Positions 8,865-19,700 of a stretch of DNA of 64,000 bases are shown here, piece after piece. This DNA is from Candidatus Latescibacterota bacterium (lineage in GTDB: Bacteria > Latescibacterota > UBA2968 > GCA-2709665), in NCBI GenBank assembly GCA_965226795.1, contig CBDDDZ010000005.1, positions 288,001 through 352,000 of the forward strand, read 5' to 3'. Made by a program: the position numbers and the translations under genes. The notes beneath the pieces are model-generated. The model did not search any database. It was not told the DNA's origin and saw only the letters and a list, made by a program, of their open reading frames with translations. Position 1 is the first letter of the stretch, and every line of letters begins with the position of its first letter.

Positions 8865-10979
8865 ATGTATATATACCGAACGGGTTTGCTGTCTGCCATC
8901 TTTCTGTGTCTGTTTGGAAACACCCTGTTTGCCGCGGATGATAAGCCCGACAAGGATGGAGAAGAAGACCTTCCCGTCTACGTCGGCGAAGAGATCGTGG
9001 TCACGGAGAGCAAAGAGAAGATTGCCGCGATCAGTTCCGTAGCAAGCAAGGTACCGGTACGACTGAGCGAAATACCCGCCAGCGTCAGCGTGGTCAATCG
9101 AGGATTGTTCGATCATCAGAGCGGTGTTGTTCTGGGCGATGCGCTTCGAAACGTTAGCGGCGTAAACGTCCAGACCGTCTTCGGCGTGACGGACTTTTTC
9201 GTCATTCGAGGATTTGATTCGTTATCCAGCGGGCTCGTGTTGACGGACGGAGCTTCCGAGCCGGAGGCTTCATTCTACAATCTCTACAATGTGGAGAGGG
9301 TGGAAGTACTGAAAGGTCCCGGAGCGTTTCTCTACGGCGGCAATCCACTCTCCGGATCGGTCAATCTGAGCCGCAAGCAGCCCATCTTCAAGAGCATGTT
9401 CCAGGCGAAGGGCGCTTATGGGCCGTTTCGGAATTTTCGAGGTAGCGTAGACGCGGGTTGGGCGGATGCCGCTCGGGGCGTGGCCCTGCGCTTCAACGGG
9501 CTCAGGCAGGTTTCGGACAACTACCGGGACGACAAGAACAGCGGCATCTGGGCTGTGAATCCGGCGGTAACCTGGCGAAACGAGAAGACAACGGCAACGG
9601 CGAATTTTGAATACGTGACCAGCGAATACAGATCGGATTCGGGGTTGCCGGTGGTGGGAGGTCAATTGGCAGGCGTTCCCCGCACGCGTTCCTACCAGTC
9701 TCCATTCGACGTGTCCGATCAGGAGATTTTCCGGGTGAGAGTGGACTTGCGGTCCCGGTTGTCGCCGCGTGTGACGCTGCGGAACAAACTGTATTACACG
9801 GATTTTTCCTGGATCTCCAACGGCACGCTGTTTAACGGTGCATATCCGAACGCGGGCGGGGGTCTTGACCTGATCCGGTCACTCCTGCTGCTTGACGACC
9901 GGCAGAAGGTGCTGGGCAATCAGCTGGAGTTCGTGTTTGCCCTTTCTGCGGGACAGACGAGGCATACGCTGTTGGCGGGCCTGGAGTTGATGCAATGGAA
10001 GGACAGGTTTACACTCGACGTGGCGGCCTTGCCGAATATAGACCTGTATGAACCGGTTGAAACGGCGACGCTGCCATTTTTTATTGTGCCGGGCCAGTCA
10101 CGAGGCGCGGACGCCACGAGCGGGGTGGTTGCGCCTTACGTGGTAGATCGAGTTGTATTCTCAGATTTTTTCCAGGCCTTTGCTGGTGGCCGATTCGATC
10201 GGATCACGTACGAAGATCCTGTAACCGCAACGGCCAGAGAATATCACGAGTGGAGTCCGATGGCGGGCGTCGTATTATCGCCCGAGGACGACCTGTCCTT
10301 CTATGCCAGCGCGGGCCGGGCTTTCGCGCCGCCGTCCAGCCTGGTTGCGGGTCCGAGGGACGTCGAAGCCAGCACGCAATTCGAGTTGGGCGCCAAACGA
10401 TATCTTGTCGACAAAACGCTTCATGCGACTGTTGCGTTCTTCGATCTTCGGAAGTACGGTATCGGAATACCCGATGCGACAGGCGTGACAAAACAGGACG
10501 GCGACCAGCGGTCCCGGGGGATGGAACTGGAACTGATAGCCCGTCCGGTGGGCGCATGCCACGTGTTCCTGTCATACGCGTATTCAGACACCGAACTGAC
10601 GCGGTTCACAGAGATGGTACCGGTGCCCACGGCCACCGGAGTGACGTTCCGGCACGTGGATCGATCCGGCAACAGGCCGGCCTTCTCGCCGCGTCATATT
10701 CTGAATCTTTGGACTGCATTGGCATCCGGTAAAGGGGTCGAGTTCGGGATGGGCGCCCGATACGTTTCGAACCAGTTCATCGCCGAGGACAACCAGTACG
10801 AAATTCTCGGAGTATTGACTCTTGACGCTTCGATATCGTACAGGTACAAGCAGGCGACCATTCGGCTCAATGCCCGGAACCTGACCGATCGCAAGTATGA
10901 AACACGCGGTTTTGGCGCCATGTCGGTGATCCCGGCGTTACCCTTCGGAATCCATAGTGCCGTCCAGGTCGATCTATGA
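8865..10979 (+). CDS. TonB-dependent receptor (siderophore-receptor type)
   Basis: Signal peptide, TonB-box-like EIVVT, plug motifs IRGF and VERVEVLKGPGAFLYG, C-terminal NLTDRKY barrel end. Start could be GTG at 8862. Confidence 0.92.
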   Translation: MYIYRTGLLSAIFLCLFGNTLFAADDKPDKDGEEDLPVYVGEEIVVTESKEKIAAISSVASKVPVRLSEIPASVSVVNRGLFDHQSGVVLGDALRNVSGVNVQTVFGVTDFFVIRGFDSLSSGLVLTDGASEPEASFYNLYNVERVEVLKGPGAFLYGGNPLSGSVNLSRKQPIFKSMFQAKGAYGPFRNFRGSVDAGWADAARGVALRFNGLRQVSDNYRDDKNSGIWAVNPAVTWRNEKTTATANFEYVTSEYRSDSGLPVVGGQLAGVPRTRSYQSPFDVSDQEIFRVRVDLRSRLSPRVTLRNKLYYTDFSWISNGTLFNGAYPNAGGGLDLIRSLLLLDDRQKVLGNQLEFVFALSAGQTRHTLLAGLELMQWKDRFTLDVAALPNIDLYEPVETATLPFFIVPGQSRGADATSGVVAPYVVDRVVFSDFFQAFAGGRFDRITYEDPVTATAREYHEWSPMAGVVLSPEDDLSFYASAGRAFAPPSSLVAGPRDVEASTQFELGAKRYLVDKTLHATVAFFDLRKYGIGIPDATGVTKQDGDQRSRGMELELIARPVGACHVFLSYAYSDTELTRFTEMVPVPTATGVTFRHVDRSGNRPAFSPRHILNLWTALASGKGVEFGMGARYVSNQFIAEDNQYEILGVLTLDASISYRYKQATIRLNARNLTDRKYETRGFGAMSVIPALPFGIHSAVQVDL

Positions 10980-12253
10980 GTTCTGTTTCCCCGACGCGGG
11001 CCAGGTGCAAGCTGGTCTCATCCCAGGTGAGGCGACTGCGGGAAATGCTTGTTCCGGTCATACGGGACAATGCCTTTTATAGGAAAAAGCTCTTGGGTGC
11101 CGGACTTTCGGATCCAGGAGATATTCGGACCCTGGAGGATTATCGCCGGCTGCCATTCACAACCAAGGATGAATTGTCGGCCGACCAGGACGCCTGCCCG
11201 CCTTATGGGAGCAATCGGACGTTTCCCCTGAAGCATTACATCCGGGTACATCAGACGTCGGGCACAACGGGCAGGTCATTGCGATGGCTGGATACGCCGG
11301 AGAGCTGGGAATGGTTCGCCGGGTGTTGGCGGCAAGTGTATGGCGGAGCCTCGGTGACGCGGGCGGACCGTCTTTTCTTCGCCTTCTCTTTCGGACCGTT
11401 TATCGGGTTCTGGACGGCTCATGAGGGCGCGCGTCTGATCGGAGCGATGGCCATTACCGGCGGATCGATGTCCTCCATCCATCGGCTTCATGCCATCGAA
11501 GAACACCAGGCGACCGTACTTGTCTGCACGCCGACGTACGCGCTGCACCTGGCCGAGGTGGCGCAGGCCGAAGGGATCGACATTGCGAATTCCGGCGTTC
11601 GAACCACGATCCATGCAGGCGAACCGGGGGCGGGTCTGCCGTCGACGCGACGGCGGATCGAGGAGGCCTGGGGCGCCAGGTGTTTCGACCACGCAGGTGC
11701 TACCGAGGTCGGGGCGTGGGGATATGAATGCCAGGCTCAAAACGGCATGCATGTGAACGAAGCCGAATTCATCTGTGAAGTGATCGATCCGGATACGGGC
11801 GCGCATGCTGAAGAGGGAGAACTGGTCCTGACGAACCTGGGGCGGGTGGGGATGCCGGTAATCAGGTATCGCACCGGCGACCGGGTGAAGCTCGCGAAAG
11901 GGACATGTCCGTGCGGGTCCGGGTTTCTCCGTCTTGAAAACGGCGTGATCGGCCGCATCGACGGGGGCCTGATCATCCGGGGTGTCGTTGTCTACCCCAG
12001 CGCCGTCGAAAACGTCGTCCGGACCTACCCTGAAGTGACGGAGTTCGCGGTCGACGTCTACCGCCGGCGCTCGCTGGACGAAATGGAGATTCGCCTGGAA
12101 GTCAGAGGCGAAACGCCGGATTCCGTTGTCGATGCCGTGGCGGAGGAGGCGAGGCGGGTGCTGGGGTTCCGTGTACGGGCTCGGGCGGTGAACAGGAACA
12201 CGTTGCCGAGGTTCGAACTGAAAGCGAATCGCTTCACGGACCATCGGAAATGA
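10976..12253 (+). CDS. Phenylacetate-CoA ligase (PaaK)-like acyl-CoA ligase
   Basis: LPFTTKDEL, TSGTTG P-loop, HAGEP, GATE, RYRTGD, GRID. ATGA overlap with the TonB receptor gene. Confidence 0.88.
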   Translation: MSSVSPTRARCKLVSSQVRRLREMLVPVIRDNAFYRKKLLGAGLSDPGDIRTLEDYRRLPFTTKDELSADQDACPPYGSNRTFPLKHYIRVHQTSGTTGRSLRWLDTPESWEWFAGCWRQVYGGASVTRADRLFFAFSFGPFIGFWTAHEGARLIGAMAITGGSMSSIHRLHAIEEHQATVLVCTPTYALHLAEVAQAEGIDIANSGVRTTIHAGEPGAGLPSTRRRIEEAWGARCFDHAGATEVGAWGYECQAQNGMHVNEAEFICEVIDPDTGAHAEEGELVLTNLGRVGMPVIRYRTGDRVKLAKGTCPCGSGFLRLENGVIGRIDGGLIIRGVVVYPSAVENVVRTYPEVTEFAVDVYRRRSLDEMEIRLEVRGETPDSVVDAVAEEARRVLGFRVRARAVNRNTLPRFELKANRFTDHRK

Positions 12254-12272
12254 GTTCGCGCCGGAAGACGAC

Positions 12273-13532
12273 ATGTTTACAGACCATTACGACGTCATTG
12301 TAATCGGTGGCGGGCCGGCGGGGAGCACGACCGCGGCTCTGGTGGCGGAGTACGGCCACCGTGTGCTGTTGCTCGAGAGAGCGCGATTTCCCCGGTTTCA
12401 GATCGGCGAGTCGTTGATGCCCGGAACCTACTGGTCGTTCGAGCGGCTGGGCGTGCTGGATAAGCTGAGGAACAGCGCGTTTGTGAGGAAATACAGCGTA
12501 CAGTTTTTCGGTGGTACGGGCCGGGGGTCGGCGCCGTTCTATTTCCATCGACACGACCCGCACGAGAGTTCGGTCACGTGGCAGGTCCTGCGAAGCGAGT
12601 TCGACCAGATGATGCTGGAGAATGCCCGGGAGAAAGGGGCGCACGTGGAGCTTGGCGTGGCCGTGAACCAGGTGCATTTCACGGGCGACCGCGCCACGGG
12701 GGTTCTGGCAAAAACCCCCGACGGCGGCGTGAGAGACGTGTCGGCGCGCGTGATTGTGGATGCCACGGGGCGCAGCGCGTTGATTTCCCGCAAACTGAGG
12801 ATCAAGACGGAAGAGCCCGCATTGCGGAAGGCATCCCTGTTTACACATTTTCGAGGCGGATATCGAGACCAGGGGATCGACGAGGGGGCAACGCTGATCC
12901 TGCACACCCGCACGAAAGACGCCTGGTTCTGGTACATTCCGCTGGCCAACGACGTGGTTAGCGTCGGCGTGGTTGGGGACGTCCACCATCTGCTTCAGAA
13001 CCGCGACGGAACCCCGCAGGTAATTTTCGAGGAAGAATTGCAGGAGTGCCGGCCAATGAAAGAACGGCTGGAAGGGGCAGAGCAGATGTTCCCCATGAAA
13101 GTGACCCGTGACTTCTCGTATCGGGCCCGTTCGGTTGCCGGAGAGGGCTGGGTGCTGGTTGGCGATGCATACGGGTTTCTGGATCCCGTATATTCCTCCG
13201 GTGTGTTCCTGGCGCTCAAATCGGGTGAGATGGCGGCTGACGCGATTCATGAGGCGTTCGAAATAGACGATTTCTCGGCGAAGCAACTCGGCAGATGGGG
13301 CGACGAGTTTATTCCCGGAATGGAAGCCATTCGAAAGCTCGTGTATGCATTTTATACGAAAGAATTCAGCTTCAGCCGATTCCTCGAAGCGCATCCCGAG
13401 TGTCTGAACGGTATCGTGGATATTCTGAGCGGCAGGATCTACATCAACGACGTCACACCGATATTCGAACCGATGGGACAGATGTGCAATCTGCCCGAGG
13501 ACGTAACTCATTACGCCGGGTCCGCTGTCTGA
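12273..13532 (+). CDS. Flavin-dependent halogenase-like FAD oxidoreductase
   Basis: GGGPAG, FPRFQIGESL, candidate catalytic Lys in FVRKYS, WFWYIP (WxWxIP), GDAYGFLDPVYSSG. Confidence 0.82.
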   Translation: MFTDHYDVIVIGGGPAGSTTAALVAEYGHRVLLLERARFPRFQIGESLMPGTYWSFERLGVLDKLRNSAFVRKYSVQFFGGTGRGSAPFYFHRHDPHESSVTWQVLRSEFDQMMLENAREKGAHVELGVAVNQVHFTGDRATGVLAKTPDGGVRDVSARVIVDATGRSALISRKLRIKTEEPALRKASLFTHFRGGYRDQGIDEGATLILHTRTKDAWFWYIPLANDVVSVGVVGDVHHLLQNRDGTPQVIFEEELQECRPMKERLEGAEQMFPMKVTRDFSYRARSVAGEGWVLVGDAYGFLDPVYSSGVFLALKSGEMAADAIHEAFEIDDFSAKQLGRWGDEFIPGMEAIRKLVYAFYTKEFSFSRFLEAHPECLNGIVDILSGRIYINDVTPIFEPMGQMCNLPEDVTHYAGSAV

Positions 13533-13738
13533 TCCCGATCGTCAGGTGTATCGAACCGTGGATTGGCCGGAACGGCCGGGTTCCGACGATTCCGGCACGT
13601 GTCCGGCCTTCCGGTCCATGAAGTCTTCGGACGTGTTTGACCGTTGCGGCGTTGTTTCGGCATGCATGCCGCCCCTGGACAATGGCCTCGGGCGACGGCA
13701 TTTCGAATCTCGCGAATGATTTGAAGGCGGATCGTCCA

Positions 13739-15031
13739 ATGCGGGTTGCGCACATCGCCGCTGGCGCGGCCGGGATGTACTGCGGGAGTTGCATTCACGA
13801 CAATACGCTGGCCGCCGCGCTCAAGCGCAAGGGCGTGGATATCGCGCTGATTCCAACCTATACGCCCTTGCGGACCGACGAGCCCGATGCGAGCATCGAC
13901 CGGGTGTTCTACGGTGGAATCAACGTCTATTTACAGCAGAAGTCGAAGCTGTTCCGCCATGCGCCGGATTTTGTCGACCGCCTCCTGAACGGCCGTGTGC
14001 TTTTGAAATCTCTATCGTGGTTCAGCGGTTCGACGCGCGCGGAAGATCTGGGAGCGCTCACCGTTTCCATGCTGAAGGGGAAACTGGGGGCGCAGAAAAA
14101 AGAACTTGGAAAGCTGGTTCGGTGGTTGAGAGACGACCTGCGGCCGGATCTGGTTCATCTGTCCAATTCCATGTTTCTGGGGATGGCGCGCGAGATGAAA
14201 CGGGAACTGGGCGTTCCCATTGTGTGTTCCCTTCAGGGAGAGGATATCTTTCTCGATGCATTGACCGAACCGTATCGTAACGAGGCGTTGGAACTGCTGC
14301 GGGATCGGGCGCGCGACGTCGACGCATTCGTGGCGACCTGCGATTGGTACGCGGATTTCATGGCGGCGTACCTGGACGCGCCGAGGGACCGGATCCACGT
14401 TGTCCGCCTGGGCATCAGCCTCGACGGCCATGGCTCGTGCGGACGGATGTTGCCGGAAGCCCCGTTTACAATCGGGTATATGGCGCGCATTGCACCGGAA
14501 AAGGGGTTGCATCTTCTGGCGGATGCCTTCCGGCGGTTGGCAGGAGAGGTCGGCAAAGAGAATGTGAGGCTCCTGGTGGCGGGATATCTCGGCCGCCGGG
14601 ACAGGACGTATTTTCGGGAGGTCGCCGCGCAGTTGGACGTTCATGGGCTCTCCGACGTATTCGAGTACCGCGGCGAGGTGAACCGGGAGCAGAAGATCGA
14701 ATTCCTGAATAGCATCCACGTTCTGTCGGTGCCGGCGCCGTATCGTGAGCCGAAGGGGCTGTTCGTGCTGGAGGCTCTGGCCAACGGCACGCCGGTGGTT
14801 CAGCCGCGGCACGGGGCGTTTCCTGAGTTGGTGGAACGTACCGGAGGAGGAATCCTGGTCGATCCGGATTCTTCGGCGGCGCTCGCGGCGGGCCTGTCTC
14901 AGATGATGCGGGATGGGGAGACACGTAAGGCATTGGGAAGAGCGGGACGGGCGGCGGTGCACCGGGTGTTCAGCGACGAGTGCATGGCCGGCGCCATGCA
15001 GGATGTTTATAGACATTTCGTTGCGGGATGA
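13739..15031 (+). CDS. Glycosyltransferase family 4
   Basis: RIAPEKG and EPKGLFVLEALANGTPVV (ExxGxxxxEA) GT-B motifs. N-terminal GMYCGSC. Confidence 0.88.
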   Translation: MRVAHIAAGAAGMYCGSCIHDNTLAAALKRKGVDIALIPTYTPLRTDEPDASIDRVFYGGINVYLQQKSKLFRHAPDFVDRLLNGRVLLKSLSWFSGSTRAEDLGALTVSMLKGKLGAQKKELGKLVRWLRDDLRPDLVHLSNSMFLGMAREMKRELGVPIVCSLQGEDIFLDALTEPYRNEALELLRDRARDVDAFVATCDWYADFMAAYLDAPRDRIHVVRLGISLDGHGSCGRMLPEAPFTIGYMARIAPEKGLHLLADAFRRLAGEVGKENVRLLVAGYLGRRDRTYFREVAAQLDVHGLSDVFEYRGEVNREQKIEFLNSIHVLSVPAPYREPKGLFVLEALANGTPVVQPRHGAFPELVERTGGGILVDPDSSAALAAGLSQMMRDGETRKALGRAGRAAVHRVFSDECMAGAMQDVYRHFVAG

Positions 15032-15092
15032 TCCGCCCGTTACGGGCGGACGCGACGACGATTCATCAACGGGGTACGAAGGGGAGGATTCT

Positions 15093-15593
15093 ATGCCGGC
15101 CGAACAAGCGTCGTCATCAGGGCTGACGTGGTTGATCTTTGCCGCGATGACAGTGGGGTCGTGGGGATTGTACGGGATTTTACTGCATACCGGGCAGATC
15201 GCAATGGCCGATCCGGTGAACGGGAGGTACAAGGCCTTCCTGCTGGTGGGCGTGGCCTATTTATTGACCGCCGTGATCGGTTCGATGGTTGTTCTCTGGG
15301 TCAACGGTGCGGACTGGTCGTTTCCCGCGCGCGGATTGACATGGTCCCTGCTGGCCGGCACCGTGGGCGCAATCGGCGCCTTCGGCGTGCTTCTCGCCTT
15401 CGGCGCCCGGGGTACCCCTGCCGTGGTGATGTCGATCGTCTTTGCCGGCGCACCTATCGTAAACGCGGTGGTGTCGATGGCCGCGCACCCGCCCGCAGGC
15501 GGATTGAGCGGTCTGAACTGGCAGTTCGTGCTGGGGATCGTGCTGGCGGCGCTGGGCGGGTGTCTGGTTACGCTCTTCAAGCCTGCGTCCTGA
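15093..15593 (+). CDS. EamA/DMT-like small membrane protein
   Basis: GGAGG RBS, about five hydrophobic helices, SWGLYG and APIV..VS motifs. Confidence 0.65.
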   Translation: MPAEQASSSGLTWLIFAAMTVGSWGLYGILLHTGQIAMADPVNGRYKAFLLVGVAYLLTAVIGSMVVLWVNGADWSFPARGLTWSLLAGTVGAIGAFGVLLAFGARGTPAVVMSIVFAGAPIVNAVVSMAAHPPAGGLSGLNWQFVLGIVLAALGGCLVTLFKPAS

Positions 15594-15646
15594 CGGCGGT
15601 TGAGCTGGAGGAAACGGGGGAAGGTTAATCCTCGCGAGGAAGCCCT

Positions 15647-16087
15647 ATGCCATGTGATTTCCGCGCCACGCGCAGAATAGAGTTTTCGGATACGGATATG
15701 GCCGGGATTGTGCATTTTTCCCGGTTCTTTGTTTTTATGGAGGCGGCCGAGCACGCGTTTCTGCGTTCGCTCGGTACCAGCGTGACGGGCGCCCTGGAGG
15801 GGCGGAAAGTCGGGTGGCCCCGGGTGGGCGCGTCGTGCGATTACGTGAATCCCGCCCGATTCGAAGACGTGCTTGATATCAGGATGAAGGTAATCAGAAA
15901 GGGGACGAGTTCCATAACGTACGGATTCGAGTTTCTCCGGGACGGCGTTCCGATAGCCCACGGCCGATTGAGCACGGTGTTCTGCCTGTGCTCCCCCGGG
16001 GAGCCGTTCCGTTCCATACCGATTCCCGATTTTATCGCGGATCAGATCCGGGAAGCGGAGGAGGCGGAGGATGACGCTGAGGGCTGA
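15647..16087 (+). CDS. Acyl-CoA thioesterase, 4HBT/YbgC hotdog family
   Basis: RRIEFSDTDMAGIVHFSRFFVFME motif. Confidence 0.9.
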   Translation: MPCDFRATRRIEFSDTDMAGIVHFSRFFVFMEAAEHAFLRSLGTSVTGALEGRKVGWPRVGASCDYVNPARFEDVLDIRMKVIRKGTSSITYGFEFLRDGVPIAHGRLSTVFCLCSPGEPFRSIPIPDFIADQIREAEEAEDDAEG

Positions 16088-16730
16088 GCGGGTATCCAAA
16101 CATTATGGGGACGTGTCCGTTCTCCGGGATGTCTCGTTCGAGATGGCGCGAGGCCAGTCTGCGGCAATTGTCGGGCCCTCGGGATCGGGCAAGAGTACGT
16201 TGCTGCACGTGCTTGGCACGCTGGACCAACCGTCGTCGGGGCGCGTGGAAATAGATGGCCGGGACCCGTACACCCTTCAGGAGAAGGACCTGGCGCGCTT
16301 CCGGAATCGCGGGATCGGATTCGTGTTCCAGGACCATCATCTGCTGCCCCAGTATTCGGTGCTGGAGAACGTCCTGATTCCGACGCTGGCGTTCAGGGAT
16401 GAAGTGAGAGACGCCGCTGAGCGGGCCAGGGCCCTGATCGAACGTGTCGGGCTAGCGCATCGGATAGACCACCGCCCGGCCGCGCTTTCGGGCGGCGAAC
16501 GCCAGCGTGTGGCGGTGGCGCGAGCGCTTGTCAACCGGCCGTCGCTGCTTCTCTGCGACGAGCCGACGGGCAGCCTGGATCGGGCGCGGGCCGATGAAGT
16601 CGGTGATCTGCTTTTCGAAATGCATACCCAGGAGGAAACGATCCTGATCGGGGTCACGCACAGCCTGGAGATGGCCGCACGGTTTGAGCGCCGGCTTGAG
16701 TTGCGGGAGGGAACTTGCGTCGAAGTCTGA
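16071..16730 (+). CDS. ABC transporter ATP-binding protein (LolD/MacB type)
   Basis: GPSGSGKST, IGFVFQDHHLL, LSGGERQRVAVARA, CDEPTG. Confidence 0.95.
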   Translation: MTLRAERVSKHYGDVSVLRDVSFEMARGQSAAIVGPSGSGKSTLLHVLGTLDQPSSGRVEIDGRDPYTLQEKDLARFRNRGIGFVFQDHHLLPQYSVLENVLIPTLAFRDEVRDAAERARALIERVGLAHRIDHRPAALSGGERQRVAVARALVNRPSLLLCDEPTGSLDRARADEVGDLLFEMHTQEETILIGVTHSLEMAARFERRLELREGTCVEV

Positions 16731-19700
16731 CCTTCTTCTGGCGAATTCATCTGTCCGTGATGCTGGGAGTGGCCGTGGCCACCGCCGTGCTCACCGGCGC
16801 CCTGCTGGTGGGCGATTCGGTCAGGGAGAGCCTGCGGGACCTGACCCTGGACAGGCTGGGCGAAATCGACCATGCGCTCGTTTCGGAACGCTTCTTTCGT
16901 GCGGGTCTTGCACGGGATATTGAGGCGGCGGGGGGCGAATTCACCGTTGTGCCGGCGGTGACCCTCACGGGATCGGCGGTGCATGCGAAAGAGGGGGCGC
17001 GGGCCTCGCGAGTCAGGATTCTGGGTGTCGATTCCCGATTCGAAAATTTGTTCGAAATGGAAATGCCCGACCTCGCCCGCCGCGGGTCCGCGACGCTATT
17101 TGTCGCCAATGAGTCCCTGAGGAGAGAACTGAACGCGCGCGTGGGCGATGCCATCCTGCTTTCATTTGAGCTGCCCGGCGACATCCACCGGGAATCCCTG
17201 TTCGGGCGGGACGAGGTTTCAGAATCGATACAGACCGTACGTGTGCGACTCACGGGTGTGTTGCCCGACCGGGGAATGGGTCGTTTCGGTTTGCGCGCAC
17301 GGCAGGATGTGCCGCTCAATGCGTTTGTGTCGCTACCCGTACTACAGGAAACGCTGGGTTTGCCGGCCCGTGTGAATACGCTCCTGGCTTCGAAGGGGAC
17401 CCATGATGCCGGCGATCCGGGGCCGGGGCTCTCCCGGGCCGCAATGTTGGATGATCTGGGGCTTTCGATGCGGGTGGAAGCCGGTTATTTTGCGGTTGAA
17501 AGCACACAGTTTTTCCTGAAACCCCACGTGGCGGATACGATCCTGGGCCTGGCGGACGGTTGGGGGATGCCGAGACTGGCAATACTGACCTATCTGGCCA
17601 ATACGATCCGGGTAGGGGAGCGCGTATTGCCCTATTCGACGATTGCCGCGATGGACGTGGGGCGTGTCGGGATGCTGCGACTGGCGGATGGGAGCGGAGC
17701 GCCGGTTCCCGGCGAGGGGGAAGTGTTGCTGAATGCCTGGGCGGCGAAGGACCTGCACGCCGTTACCGGCGACGCCGTGGACGTGGTTTATTTCGAAGTC
17801 GGGCCGAAGGAAGCGTTGAAAACGCGGCGCGTCACATTCAGGCTTGCCGGCGTCGTTGCCATGGAAGGATTGGGTGCCGATTCCCTGTTGACACCCGAAT
17901 TTCCGGGTCTGCGCGACGCGGAGGATATGCATGCCTGGGACCCGTCCTTCCCGGTGGATCTGAAGCGAATACGGCCCGTAGACGAAGCCTATTGGGACGC
18001 CTACCGCGCCGCGCCCAAAGCCATCGTGTCGGCTGCGACAGGTCAACGTTTGTGGCGGAGCCGATTCGGTAATCTCACGTCAATCCGGATTGGCCCCCTG
18101 CCCGGAGAAGATGTCCGTGGTTCCGCCGAACGATTTCGGGCAGGTCTGCGCGAGGCGCTCTCGCCGGAAGCAGCGGGGCTGGTATTTCAGCCGGTGAGGG
18201 AACACGGTCTGGCCGCTGCTTCGGGCTCGACGGATTTCAGCTTGCTGTTCAGTGGATTCAGTCTGTTTCTGATTGTATCGGCGGCGTTGCTGGTGGCTCT
18301 GCTTTTCCGGCTTGGCGTGGAACAGCGCGCCGACGAGGTCGGTGTGTTGATGGCGTCGGGTTTTACCGTGGCGGCGATCAGAAGGCGTTTTATGGGTGAG
18401 GCGATCGGGCTGGCCGGTCTTGGGGGCCTGGGGGGGCTTGCGGGAGGATTGGCGTACGGTTGGATCATGATCGCCGGGTTGCGCACCTGGTGGGTCCCGG
18501 CCGTTGGTACCACGGAACTCGCCCTGCATGTGAGCGGGTTCAGTCTGGCGGCGGGATATCTGATTTCACAGCTTGTGGTTCTGTTGTCTATACGAATGAC
18601 GGTCCGCCGATTGGGACGCGTGCCCGTACGCGCGCTCCTGTCGGGGACCCTTTACGAGGAGTCCGCCGATGGTGGGCGCCGGGCAAGGACGTATGCCCTC
18701 GGAAGCCTGGGATTGGCCGCGGCCTGCCTCGCCGGCGCGGCCAACGCGGGCCGGGAGGCGTCGATGGCGCTGTTTTTCGGATGCGGTGCGCTTCTGCTGA
18801 TTTCGGGTCTGGGCCTGCTCTCCATGTGGTTTCGCGGCAGGCAACACGCGACTGCAGTGGGAATCTGGAGAATGGGCGTTCGGAATAGCGCACGAAATCC
18901 GGGGCGGAGTATGCTGTGCGCATCATTGATCGCGTGCGCCTGCTTTGTGGTTGTGGCGGTTGGCGCCCATCGCCGCGCCGATGTCACCGAGGATGCGTTG
19001 AACAGCCGGACGTCGGGTGGAGGAGGGTTTCAGCTCGTCGCCGAAACGGATTCGCCGCTCTATCACGATCTCAACACGGAAGACGGCCGGTTTGAGCTCG
19101 GGTTTTCCAGGGAGGACGCGGATATTCTGGACCGGGCGCGGGTGCTGCCGCTCCGTGTCTTGCCGGGAGAAGACGTGAGTTGTCTGAATCTCTACCAGCC
19201 ACGCCATCCCCGGGTTCTGGGTGTGCCTGAAGCGATGATTCGACGGGGTGGATTCGCGTTTGAACGGTTGTTGGAAGAAGCGGAAGCGCCATGGTCTCTC
19301 TTGATACGGCGCGCGGAGCCGGACGTGATTCCCGCGTTCGGTGACGTGAATTCGGTGACCTGGATCCTGCACAAAAAACTGGGCGACGAAATCCCGATGC
19401 GAACGGATACGGGCGCGATCGTCAGGCTGCGGCTCGTGGGACTGTTGAAGAATAGTATTTTTCAGAGTGAATTGCTGGTATCGGAGCGGAATTTCACCGC
19501 ACATTTCCCGGATGTGGGCGGGTATGGCTATTTTCTGGTCGAGACCGACCGGCCCGGAGAAGTGGGAGCCTTGCTGGAGCGGCGGTTGCAGGACGCCGGT
19601 CTCGATGCGACGTCGACGGCGGCCAGGCTCGCACGTTTCCGGGCGGTGGAGAATACGTACCTGTCCACGTTTCAGACGCTTGGCGGGCTGGGAGTTCTCC

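Noticed and set aside
11276..15232. Long antisense ORFs (e.g. 11276-12274, 12234-13511, 14012-15232; also 18923-20044, 43317-44444, 48994-50187, 56510-57736)
   Set aside because: Shadow frames of GC-rich or repetitive real genes, with no recognisable motifs.
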